Source: Piromyces finnis finn
Taxonomy: Eukaryota; Fungi; Neocallimastigomycota
DNA: 64,000 nt
Reading direction: 5' to 3'
Assembly (NCBI GenBank): GCA_002104945.1
Contig: MCFH01000002.1
Coordinates: 1,054,001-1,118,000, forward strand
The notes below the pieces were generated by a model, which was not told the origin of the DNA, did no database searches, and saw nothing but the letters and a program-made list of their open reading frames with translations. Below, one piece after another: positions 26,492-39,900 of the stretch (the first letter of the stretch is position 1; each line of letters begins with the position of its first letter). The translations under genes and the position numbers were made by a program.

Positions 26492-26840
26492 GTTGCATAA
26501 AAGTTCAATGCAATTCGTACTGCGTGGGATTGGTCCCTACCTAATAAATTGAATGAAATTAAAAAAAGAAGTAACATTAGGTATGATAGTGTGGTGTCCA
26601 CTAAACTCTCCCATGAGCTCATAATGTTTTCATTCTAAGAAATACTAACATTGAACCCTGGGTACGGAACATTGGGAATGTTCCTTTGCCATATCGGTAC
26701 GACGTCGGCGCTCTTGATTACGTTAGGTGTCTTACTAAACCTATCAAAAAGTAGCTTCATTGAGCTACTAATGATAGGGATTGTTTTAGTAAGAAAAGCC
26801 GCGAGACCCTCTACATATGGAACATGAGACTCCGATGTTC
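26492..26840. ncRNA. Unassigned structured non-coding RNA candidate (GC-rich island)
   Basis: 131/330 G+C (~40%) over 26511-26840 by hand count, against nearly G/C-free flanks. Several stems are present and there is no host-like ORF. I found no U1-U6, U3, SRP or RNase P/MRP core signature. Confidence 0.55.
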
Positions 26841-27710
26841 ATTTTAATAAAACATAATATTTTAAAATTATAATAATAAGCTACGCTTTTTATTATTATA
26901 TCAATAAAATAAAAGTTAAAATTTCAAAAATTCTCAATATTAATTTTGAAGATTATTATTTATTAAAAACCAATCTTTTTTTTTTTTTTAAAAATTTTTA
27001 ATTTTATTTATTTATTATTTTAAGTAATAATTTAAAGCAATATTAACAATTGTAAAAATTGAAATAACATTTTTACATTAATAGATATAATAAAAAGGAT
27101 TTTAAAATAAATAATTAGAATATTAGTAAATAATTTAAATTTAAAAAAAAAAAAAATTAGTTACTTGTTTAATTTTTGCGATTATTATTATTTTTGATAA
27201 TTTTTTTTTAATTTTTTCTTAATTTAAAGAAAAATCCATAAATTTTATGAATATAATTTCATCAAATATATGACTTTTCCTTTAATAACCGATAAACTAT
27301 TTTTAAATCAAAAAATAAAAAAACAAATATTATAATTATATAGTTATAATACTTTAAGAAATACATAACTTTTATTATTAATATATTTAATTATTTTTGA
27401 AATATTATATTATGTTTATATATTATTTTTCTATATATATATATTTACATATATATGTAGTTATTTATTTATAATAAGAAGTTTTTATATTATCTAGAGT
27501 TGAAGTTATATTAAATAATAAAAGTTTTAGAAAAAGATAATAAATATATAAATAAATTACAATCTTTGAAATATAATAATTAAAATTTATATAGAAAATT
27601 GCTTGTATATAACGTGATGATATATATAAATGAAAAATATTATTTATATTTGATTTTGTTGTCAATGTTTCATAATATAAATTTAATTGAATAATGAAAA
27701 ATAGTATATG

Positions 27711-27712
<2 letters not shown>

Positions 27713-27757
<45 letters not shown>
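27713..27757. repeat. 45-nt poly(T) homopolymer
   Basis: Read directly; source of the poly-Phe ORF 27694..27888. Confidence 0.95.
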
Positions 27758-27761
<4 letters not shown>

Positions 27762-28301
27762 AATTCTATGTTATTATTGCTATTTTTTTTTTTTTTTTTT
27801 TTTTTTAATTTTTCTCTTTCTCTTTTTTTTTTTAAATAAATTTAACCTATTTATCATATTGAACTATTTATTGATTAAAATTATTTAATGATTAATTATA
27901 AATTATTATGTCTATTGAGTTATATTGATGTTATAATATTCGTTTATTTAGTTGTAATTTATTAATTATTATAATAACTAATAAATTAAAATTATATTAA
28001 ATTATTAAATAATTAATCATTAAAAATCTTCATTCCTTCTATATGTTATATTTTTATTATATACTTGTTAAAGTTATTGCTTTATATTGTATTTATATTT
28101 TGTTATTATAAAACTATATAATAACTTATTAAGTAATTTTTTTTTTTTTGTTTTTATATACCTATGATAATGATATTGTTAGCATTAATATTATTAAAAG
28201 TTGTTGATTAGTATGACTTATATATGGATAAAATAAAATTTTGACAATATTTTGTACTCTATAACATTATATATTTAATATATTTTATTTGTTAGCAGAA
28301 T

Positions 28302-30105
28302 TTAATGAAGTTTCCAAAGATTCCAACGTGGACGTCCTTCAAGTGAATATGATGAATTGAAACGAGATTCTGCTGGTGATAAGTAATAATAATCTTTATT
28401 ACTATCCTTTCCAGTAATAACTTTATTTTTAACTATCTTTCTTTTTGTGCCATTCTTTGAACCAGTATCGATTATCGAAGATGCTGAAGAGGTAGATCTA
28501 GTTGGTGAAGCTGGTGGGGTATATAATCTAGAAGAAACTGGCTTCTTCTTTTTAGATATAACATTAATAATATTACATTGTGTACCCTTATCAATCTTTT
28601 TGGCCTTTGCAACTTTTGGGGCTGGATCAGTTTGAACTTCAATTGAAGTAGTAGTAATTGGATTTGATTGATTGTAGGCCTCGATTTCTTGGGATACACT
28701 AACAGCAACTGATGTTTGTTCAGATAAAAGTTGTTCTTGTAATAAAGAAATTTCATTTCTAGCTTCTGATAATAAACCATCAACTTCAACATAATCTTCC
28801 TTTAATTTAGCATTTTCTTTTGAAACTTGTTCAATTATTTGCATTAAAGTTTCAATTTTTTGACCTTGTGTTTCATTTACAGATGCTCCTCCTTCGCTTC
28901 TTGTCTTTGAAACATCACTCTTTCCATCCTATAGTTTCATATATAATATTTTAGTATGCTGTTTTTATTTTTATTTTATGATAATTACATAAAAAATTAG
29001 TATTCATATCAAAGAAAATTACAATATATAATGTATCCGTTTTTCCTTCTTTTTCATAAATTTCTAATAATTCCTCCTGAGTTGAATTATAATATTCATT
29101 ATATGTGGCTTCCAAATTATCTATTATTATATTTTAAAAAATTAATATAATAACTAAAGAATATAATATTTTTTTTTTAATTTTCAATTTACCATATTTA
29201 GTTTTTAAATTTGACAATTCAGTTTTTAAAGTGGATTCTGAGCTTTGTACTTCTTTTAATTGCTTAACAGCAATATCCAACTATATCATTTATTATTTAA
29301 TTTAGTATTTAGAAAATTTTATATTTATTTTACTTATTTAAAATACTAAAATTAATATTAACCTCCTTAGTTAATCGTGTGTTATCTTTTTCAAATTTAT
29401 ATATTTTAGATTCAACCTCATTATACTTTTGATTAAGTGTCTTATTTTCTTCAGTTAAATCAATGTTTTTTTGTTCATAAACCTCACATTGAACTTGTAA
29501 TGAAGTAATTTTCTATAAATATTTTTAATAATTACTTGTTAATTTACTTTTTTCATAAAATATATATTTATTTTTTTTATATCATACATTTGTTAAAGAT
29601 TTCTTTTCGTCATTTAAAGAATCAAATTTTGTAGAATTTCTTTCTAATGATTCCATTGTTTGATTTAATAAAGATTTATATTCTTGTTGCTGATCTTTTA
29701 AATGTGAATTTGTTTTTTTAAGTTCAGCAATATTATCAGTATCGTTTTCATGTTTTACCATTAAAGCTTGAGCAATTTCTATGTTAAATAGTTTTCCATG
29801 ACATGCAATTACATTAGTAAAGTAAAAATAATTTTATTTTAGACTTTATAATTTTTAACTTACGAACTGCAAGAGATAATTCGTTAGTTCTTTGAACAAG
29901 AATACTTTCTATTTTATCCATGTCTTTCCCTTCAATATCAACAACTTCTTTTGAATTATTGGCTATTATATTTATTAATAATAAATTAATAAAAATTTTT
30001 TTTCCTTTCATTTATTTAATATTTAAACTTACATAATTGATCTAATAATGCATAAACTTCTGAAAACATTTCAGAATCATTTTCGTAGTTATTATCTTCT
30101 AACAT
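28302..30105 (-). CDS. Coiled-coil protein with a HAP1_N/TRAK/BICDR-like CC1 box (candidate dynein-dynactin adaptor)
   Basis: Seven GT-AG exons join in frame from ATG 30105. DMDKIESILVQRTNELSLAVQIAQALMVKH resembles TRAK1 DIDAVTRLLEEKERDLELAARIGQSLLKKN (from memory). A long heptad region follows, then a Ser/Thr/Lys-rich tail ending RPRWNLWKLH*. Confidence 0.72.
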
Positions 30106-31955
30106 TTTAATATATATTTATTATAATTACTTTTATTAAAAAAAGATTAAAAAAGTTAGCATTATGTTTTTTACATTAATAATAACTTATATAATAATAA
30201 TTTATAAGTAATAATATATTATCATTGCTATAATTACTTATTGTTTAATTTAATTTAATTATTTATTATTAATAGTTATGAATATTGCAAATATAACTAT
30301 ATATCAATTCTATGTAATATGTAATAATTGTATATATAGTTTTATTGCAAACTGATATTTATTGGAAAAAAAAGTTTTAGATATCAAATCAAATATATAA
30401 TATTCTTTTTCTGTTTTTTTTTTTATTTTATTTTGTAAATGCTATTAATATTTAAATAAAGATAAAACTATCAAAGTTTTTAATTTTTTTGTCGTTTTCT
30501 TTATTTTAATAATTAATGTTTTTCTTATTCTTTTTCCTTTTCCTTTTTTTTTTTTTTATTTATTACTATTATTTTTTTTTTTTTTTGTTTTATTGAAAAT
30601 TTTTTAAGACTTTAAAAAAAATTTTTTTATAACCTATTTATTAAATATTATCAAATTAAAATACTATATATATTAAATATATATATTTCATATATTAATT
30701 TCAAAAATAATTGATTTATTTTTAATGTCTATTAAATATTAAAACAAATTTGATATTATCATTAATTAAGAATTAAAGAATTAATAGTATTAATAATATA
30801 ATGTATTTTTTTTTTAAATACACAATATATAGCTATGATTAAAATACTTAAAGGTATAAATTATTCTTCTGAATGATGAAAAGTTTATAATTTTTTTTCT
30901 TTTTTCTTAAAGAAAATAAAGTTATATAATATTATTTTATTATAATTTGTAGAATTTTTTTATTATTTCGTAACCACATAACAAAAGATTTAATTTACTT
31001 TAAATGGTCACACAAAAATCATAAAATTTTAATAATACATATTTGTAAAAAAAGTTTTTTTTAAAAAAAAAGCTTTTAGTATTTTTATATTAAATATAAA
31101 TATTTTATAATTAAAGTATTACTTATTTATATAACTATTTATTATATAAAGTGATATATAATTATTATTTTTAGTATTTTAATCACACCAAAAAAATATT
31201 TCTATAAAAATATCATTTAATCAAAAATTTTGCTTTAAAATATAATAATATAGCAATATATTGGAATAATATTTATATTAAATTGAATTAATATATTGTA
31301 TTAATTAAAATTTTATATTAAAACATGATTTCCTGTACCACCACTAGAACATTTATTATTATAAATAGATTATAAATATAATAAATATAGAAATTATAGC
31401 ACCTAAATTAAATCATGTATTTTTTATTATGTTGCTCACATGAATACTTAATCAATGATATAGAAACATAAAATTAAATACTGAAATATGATAAACCAAT
31501 TTAATCTTAATTGTACAGTAAACTAATAATAATTAAAATAATTGCTGTCTTTTACTTAATATTTATATATTATATAGGTTGCAAAAAAATTTTCAAACAA
31601 TTATTAATATTAATAATAGTTGTGGATTAAAATAATAATAATTTTTTTTATATTTGTATCAATAAAAGAATTTATATAGATAAAATATTTTAATTATTTA
31701 TACTTTATCTTTTGTAAATAGTTTTTATGATACATTTAATTTTTAATATATTATTATTAGTTTGATACATTAATAAATAATATATTATCCATCCATATTT
31801 AATATTAAAATAATATATTGAAATGAATTCTATAGATTATAAATTTCAATTGATTCTCAATCTATATAAGTAAAAGTTTTTTTTTTTTTAAAATACTCTA
31901 CAATTAATTTTAAAATCTTTTAATTGGGATTTATTAAAGAGAAATTATATTTAAT

Positions 31956-33162
31956 ATGTCTTCAGAAGTTATTGCTTTTATTGGTGGTGGTAACATGGCT
32001 ACCTCTTTAATTGGTAAATACTATATATAATCTTTTTCAAGTATATATAATTTTATTACATTTAATTCATACAAGAAAAAAATATACTATAAAATGAAAA
32101 TTATTTGTTTTATTATTATTATTATTATTATTATATAATTTAAGAATTATTTAAAAATATATTTATAAGTATATAAATAAATATATATAAAATATTTTCA
32201 AAAAGGCTTCCAATATAAAGTGAAATATTGTTTAATTAAGACATATTAACTTCATAATTATTATTTCATAATTGTATTTCTTAAATGGATTTCATTTATA
32301 AATTAACAATAATAATAATAATTAATTTTATCTACATATTAATACTTATTTAAAATTATATTTCAAAGGTGGTCTTGTTTCTACTGGTTACGATTCAAAG
32401 AAATTAGTTGTTTTTGAACCAAATGAAGCACAAGCCAATAAATTAAAAACTAATTATAACATCATTCTTGCAAAGAGTGGTTCTGAAGCCATTACTGGTA
32501 CTGAAGAAAGTAAGGCCGCTGATATCGTTTTATTTGCTGTCAAACCACAAATTATCAAAGAAGTAGCTACTGGTGTTGCTGCTGCTATTCAAAAGGTAAA
32601 CCCATTAGTAATTTCTATTTGTGCTGGTATTCGTACTGTTGACCTTTCTCGCTGGTGTAATTGCCCAGAATTATCTATTGTAAGAGTTATGCCAAATACT
32701 CCAGCTCTTTTACAACAAGGTGCTACAGGTATGTTCCCAAATGCTTATGTTAACCCAAAGCAAAAGGAAAGTGCTACTGCTATTCTTTCTTCATTCTCAA
32801 AGAGTTCTTACTGGGTTGACAAAGAAGAACTTATTGATGTTGTTACTGGTTTATCTGGTTCTGGTCCAGCTTATTTCTTCCTTATGTGTGAAGCTTTATC
32901 TGAAGCTGCCCAAAAATTAGGTCTTCCAAAGGAAGCTGCTGATGGTTTAGCTGCTCAAACCTGTTACGGTTCCGGTGCTATGCTTTTAAAGGGTGATGAA
33001 GATGCTGCTACTTTAAGAAAGAAGGTTACTTCACCAAATGGTACTACTTATGCTGCTCTCCAATCATTTGAAAAGGACAACTTTAACGAAATTTGTTTCA
33101 AGGCCGTTGAAGCTGCTACTCTTAGAGGAAAGGAAATGGGTGAAGTTTTTGGTCAACAATAA
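31956..33162 (+). CDS. PRO3: Pyrroline-5-carboxylate reductase, 2 exons, 283 aa
   Basis: Exons 31956-32013 and 32369-33162 (852 nt). Motifs IAFIGGGNMA, LFAVKPQ, ISICAGI, RVMPNTP, GLSGSGPAYFF and VTSPNGTT are present. Confidence 0.97.
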
Positions 33163-33985
33163 ATATAAAACACAAAATTGCATAAAAAATTAATATTAAA
33201 TTATTTTTTAAGAATTAGTAATTAAAACGTTTTAAAATCTTTTATTTGCAAAATAAAAAAAAAAAAAAAACTTTTATAAAATGCTATGAGGTAATTTAAA
33301 TAAATAAATAAAGAATTTTTTATAATTAAGAAAAAAAAAATAAAACAACAAATGAAAATAAAATAAAATTTAATACATAATTGGCAAAATAGCACAAATG
33401 TAAATATTAAAAAAAGTATAAATAAATAAAAGTCCCTAAAAAAATAAAAAATTATAATTTTAAATTAATTTTTGATACTGATATTTAATTATATTTAATT
33501 ATTTTATTATAATTTTAATGATTTTATATTTTAATATTTTATTAAAATACAATTTTTTTTTTTAAAAAAAAAAAAAAGATATATTACTTTAATTTGTATT
33601 GTTATTATTAATAAAATTATATTCATTTATTAATTAATAAATGATATAAACAAGATATTTAAAGTAATACAGAAAAATAGTATATTTAATAGAATTGCAA
33701 ATTTTTCAATTATAAAATTTATATTTTAGGTGATAATTTAGTAAATATCCTAGTACCTAGTTAATACCAGATAAAAAAATTCTCTTATCAGATTTTTAAC
33801 CAGACATTTTTAAATGTGACTAAAAACCGTGCTAGGAAATTACTTTTAATAGAATTGCTGAAATAAAAATTATGTTATTGTAAAATTCAATAATCTAAAT
33901 ATTTAGATTATTATGTTATTTTAGGTTGCATTTTATTTCTGTTTTCTAGCTGTATATTATTTCTTTTATTTGAAAATTATAATTT

Positions 33986-36900
33986 TCAAACTTTGCTATA
34001 TTTAAATAAAAATGGACTTGGTCTAGAAATAACTGGCAAAATATCTATTTCTAATTTTGGTTCATTATATTTTAATATATCTTTTAAACTTGAAACCTTG
34101 GTCTATATCACATAAAATAAAATAATATTTTAGTAAATTTTTATAAATCAATTAATTTTTATAAAAATTTATAATGTTTTAAAAGAAAATATTTTTATTT
34201 ATTTCTACCTTTGGATATGGAACATCAATTATTTTATCAATAATTTTATTATATTTATCTCTAATAGAGATTTTTGGTTTTGCTTTAAATGATTTAATGG
34301 TAATAAACTAGTTATAATAATGTAGTAAAAGATTAGAATATATTATATTAATAATAATAATTTAATTTAATTTTAAAAATAATTTACCATGTCTTCTAAA
34401 TTTTTTATATCTTCCTCTTTGAACAAAGAAATATTTTGTTGTATGTTATATATAATGTTTTGTATAATAGGTCGTATATCTATATTGTGCTCTAATAGTT
34501 CAACTATATCTATTGCTGAAATAGTGGCAATATTTAATATATTTTGGTAATTTTTCATTTTTGACAGTAATAATTGATCATGTTCTAGTTTTTCTTCATG
34601 TATCTTGAATTCTTCATTTGATAATTCATTACTTTTACTAGTTTCAGAATCATTAATATCCAAATAATTTAATAGATCTTTTCTATCATAATTATTCATA
34701 CCAACTGAATTATTTTTTTGATGCTTTATTGTTTTATCACTATTTTTATGATTTTCTTCTATATCGTATTCATTAATATTATTTATATTACTTAATGCTT
34801 TGTAATTTTCATCCGTTTCTTCATTTTCATGTATCATTGTCATTTTCTCAAAATTGAAATGTTGTTTTTTTAGAGTCTTTTCATTCTTTGCATTTGAAAT
34901 ATCCATATATACATCATTATTAATATCATCTTGTTTCATTTTTATTAATAAATTGTTTTCAAGTTTATCTTTACTATTCTTCTTAACAAGTTCTAATTCT
35001 TCTTCTGGCTTTTTTAAAATAGATTTATGATTTGAAGTTCGAATATCTTTCTTTTCTTCATTTTTCTCAAATTGCTTAAAGAAATTATTAATCATAGGAC
35101 CATTTCTATTATAAACCATTTTCCCATCAAATGTTTTAACTAAATATTCTTTATAATTATATGTGGTAATAGCTGAATCAACTACAGCTTTATTTTCCTT
35201 TTCTGTTACATTTTGATTTTCTTTTTTATCTGTTTCAATTATTTTATTCATTTTTATAATATTACTCTTGAATGATTTTCTTTTCTCTTTAATCCTTATA
35301 ACATCTCGACTTGGGAAAGACATCATTTTTGCTTTGTTAATATTACTTTCTTTTTTCTTATTAAATACTGTTGAGATATTGGTTGATGAATTTACACTTT
35401 TTGATATTTTTCTTGATGTGCTTTTTTTTACCTTTCCTTCATAACTGAATATACTACTTTTTCCGTTTATACTTTTTTCAGATTTAAATAAACAATTTTT
35501 CTTTCTGTTTATACTCCTTTCAAAATTTATTAATGACATTGAATCATCAAAATTTTTAATATTATCATTACTTTCATTTTTAACATTATATCTTTTATAT
35601 TCTAATAATTTAATCATTGAAGTTATTAAATTAATATCAAATTGAATACCACTTGAAATAGCATTATACCAAAAGTCGTAATCATCAATTTTTGTTAATT
35701 TTTCCCATGGATGAATATAATTTTGCTTAGAATTAAAATAAATAATTAAAGTATTTTTATTATTAATATGATATTTATAATTTTTATGAATATTTAAAAC
35801 TTATACTTACTATTATATTTTTATAATTATATACAAGATCTTTAATATTTTCATTGATTCGTATGATATATCCACAACCTTTTAATATAAACCAATAAAT
35901 AATTATATATTTTTTCAAATGATTATTAAAAATTTAAAAATATAAAAGCTTATTTTTATTTTATTACTTACCACTAATTGGATATTTAAATATTTTATTC
36001 TTTGATATTATTGATATAGTTGTTTCAAAGTTTCCAATTACTTTAGGCAAAATTACTATTTTTGTTAATTTCTTTTCTTTTACATTCAAATGTAATTCAT
36101 TTGGCAAATATATATCTACATTATCTATTGCTTCATTTTCAAATTTTAAATCTAATGGCATATCACTTGAGTTATATATAGTAAAATTATATACTTTTGA
36201 ATTATTACATGGACATGGACCTTTTTTTAAAAAAAATTTTAGTATAAAATTAAGTATTAATTAATATTAGTATAAAATTAAGTATTTTTTAAAATAATAT
36301 AAAACATTATTCTATTTAATATATATAATAATGATTGAATAAATACCAATGTTAAAATCTTTTGGTGAAATGTCAATGTTAACCCTTCCTCCAATACCAA
36401 CCATATTTATTTCTTTATATGTTCTTCCTTTACATTCAATAATGTAATTTGAAGAAATTTTTGTATTTACTGATGGTTTAAAAAATAAATCTAAAGTTAT
36501 TTTTTCTTTAACTAATAATGAACCACTGCTCTGAGATATTAAAAAGTTTGGATTAATTCTAGATTGATATGCATTCCATTTTAATGGAACAATTCCATTA
36601 TTACAAAGTTCAATGGTTTCTTTATGTACTCTTCCTATTGCTCTAATTCCATAATCTATATATAATCTATTTATTGTGATCTCCGGGAAAGCAGATTTTC
36701 CACGAACAAATATACAATAATTACCAATATTTGTTTCCAAAGATATCGTTGTTCTTAAGTCGTAACTACTATTAGGTATCCATATAACATTAATAATATT
36801 CTCATCTTCTCCATCAATTACCCCCATTTTTCTTGATAATTTTAATGGATATGAATAACCAATACTATATGTTAAAGGATATTTTCCATAATTTCTTAGA

Positions 36901-39900
36901 ATTAAAGGTTTTACAATTTGAGAATTTGTAGGATTAATACCCATATCAATAAATTTAAATTCTTCTGGATTAAGAATACTCTCTTCACATAATCCATGAA
37001 TATCAATACAATATTCATCAGTTAATAAATCAGTATAAATAATTATTTTACTTTCAATTTTTCCAACTTCATTATTAATTAACGAGACCTTTACATCAGT
37101 AGATTCTCCAGCTTTAATTGAACCTTTGGAAGATGATAAACGAATCATAGATTTTAAATCTTTTTCTAAAATTACAAATGAAGTTTTCAATGTACCACAA
37201 TTCTTTATTTTTAAAACTTTGGATGGTTTCATGCTTTTTTCATAAATGCCATAATCTAAATCTTTCAAATTAAATTCTAATTTTACAGTTCCTGATGAAA
37301 ATTTTATTGGTATTTCATTAACAGAATATGGTGATTCAACTGTCATATTAATAGAAGCATTGTCTATGACAGTGGGTGTATAAGTAACAATTACTTCTTT
37401 CTCATTATATGGAGAAATAACTAGATTTTCAGGTGAGAAAGAAAAATCATTATTTTTATAATCAGTTGTAAACGAAATTGGATAGTTAACATCACCAATG
37501 TTCTTTAAAATTAACTTTTGTTCATAAGAATTACCAATAATACAATTTTCAAAAGAAAGATTTTGTTTCGAAAAAATTATTACAGATTCTTTTCCTGAAC
37601 CTTTTAATTCAATCTCCCAACTTTCGTTTTTTGAACTAACTATTAACTTTCCTGTTGGTGGGTTTTCTTCTTTTGGATAAAACATTAATTCAAGATTAAA
37701 TTTTTGGTTTGGATGAATTGAAATTCTGTTTATACGTTGAATTTTAGTTTATTATATATAAATTAATATTATTATAATATAATAAAACGAAAAATATAAG
37801 ATAATTTTTAATTTTATAACAAATTTATTAACAATTAATATACTATTATAGTATTTATTCAAATATTATATTTAATTATTAAATAGTGATATTTACCCTT
37901 TTTCTGGCCATTTCTTAGTCTTAAAAAAATTAATATTATTAACAAGGACAAATTTAGTCAAATGTAATATTGCTGTTCCTTCATTTGTTATAGGTAAATA
38001 GCTAATTATACTTTTTCCAATCATGCAATTTCCAAAGTCAAATGTTTTAAAATGTAAAAGTGAGGGTTTAGGGATACCACCACCACCATACATTCTTAAT
38101 CTAACCGGATTAGAACAGTTTGGTTGAAAATAAACTATAGATGATAAGAATGTAAAATCAGTAGGTTTAAATACAAACTCAATAGTTACTGATTGATTAA
38201 CTCTTAAAAATCCGTTATCAGGAATTGCTCTTAAAAATGGACAATCATGAATAATATTAAAACTGATAGATTGTTTTCCTACATTTGTAAACGTTCTTTT
38301 TATTGTTTCTTCATGTCCAATTGGTTGATGAAAGAAATTAAGGATTGAAGTATCATCACAAACAATACAAATTGATTTTGTTACTGCTGTTAATGAAATT
38401 TCATGTGTTTGCGAGTTTGGAATATCCGGTTTACATATTAATGTTCCTAAAAATGTATCATCTGATGATATGTTAATTTCAACTTCTATTTCCTTAGAAC
38501 TATATGAACCTAATTGAATTTGTGGTGGGTTTACTTTTAAGTATGGTTCTTGTTTTATATAGGATTGACTAGATATATTCTGTTGTGATATTAATTTATA
38601 AAAATGTTTTCTTCTTTTTAATTGAGATGAAAATTGAACCCTTAAATATTTTAACGCAAAAGTATTTACATTAACCGTATCATCAGCATGAAGTTTCTCT
38701 ACACTATTTGCATTAATTGAACTTAACATAGTATTCTTTTTTGACATATTTGCTTCTTCTTCTCCATTATTATCTGAATATAAAATAATATTTTGTAGCA
38801 TCCGCCAATAATCTCTTGCAGTCCAAGTTGGATCTTCATTATTTTTTTCTTTTTCTTGCATAACCATATTTCTTGCCCATGGTGATCTTGGATCATGGTT
38901 GGAATAATTATTTTTTAATGTAACATAAGAGGTTCCTATTTTTTGAATAACTTGGTGACCTAACGTCATCCATTCAAAATTAACATTACATGGAATTGTT
39001 CCATTATTTAAAATAGTAATTTTCTTTTTAAATGTAAAGTTATTTGCAATATCACCAAATTCAAGATCTCCTTTATGATTAATACTAATGGAACCAGCTT
39101 TTCCCTTAACTGGAATTTCCTTAAAATAATTAATTGATTTGATTCTAATAATATCTGAAGTAAGAATTGTTTTTCTTGCCCAATATCTTACTAACAATTC
39201 TATATAATTCCCTGGAAGAATATTTTCTGTAATACATGTTTTCCATGAATAAACATTATTTTTATTCTGTTTTCTGGTCGTATTTATAAATAATTTTTCT
39301 TCTAGAAACTCTTTCTGATTTTCCGGAGTACATATTGAAAAATCCTTACATAAAAAAATATTAATATAATAATTATAAATAAATAAATAAGTAAAAATAT
39401 TATAATAATAACTTTTTTATTTACATATTAAATTTAATATTAATGTTATAATAGTAACTTACAGAATCTGCTAGTTCAACACAAATTGGGATTGACACTA
39501 TTCCTCTATTAATAATATAGAAACTTTTTTCACATGAAGTATGAATTGGAATCATTCCAAAATTTATTTCTTCCTCTTCTGTTTCATTTTTATCTGGAAA
39601 GTATATATTTAAAACACCAATATCTCCTTTTCCAACAATCAATACATTAATTAAATGATTTTCCCAAAATATTTTTAAATTTGTTTTAAATACGCTTTCT
39701 GATTTTGGTGAAAATCGTATTATAATTGGAACACTTTCTCCAATATGAACAAAACCACTTTGAGGAGTAATAGTGTATTCATTGATAGTAATAGGTTGAA
39801 TAAAAAATTCTACACCAAATTTTCCTTCATTGGTTAAATAGAAAGTTGTTGTATATGTAGTGTTTATTGATATTACACCTAAATCATATGTTGGTATTTC

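Noticed and set aside
26617-26752. Stop-free frame within the GC island (…PWVRNIGNVPLPYRYDVGALDY…)
   Set aside because: No ATG, no fitting splice partner, and codons (CGG, GGC, GTC) atypical of host genes; base-pairing explains the sequence better.
26650-26768. tRNA gene suggested by A-box and B-box-like motifs
   Set aside because: No cloverleaf or acceptor stem can be built.
27465-27888. ORFs 27465..27665 and 27694..27888
   Set aside because: AT-rich noise and a poly(T) tract.
34373-35617. 414-aa ORF as an independent gene
   Set aside because: Its frame is open upstream to the acceptor at 35726-35727 and it splices in frame to the giant ASH gene and to two further 3' exons.
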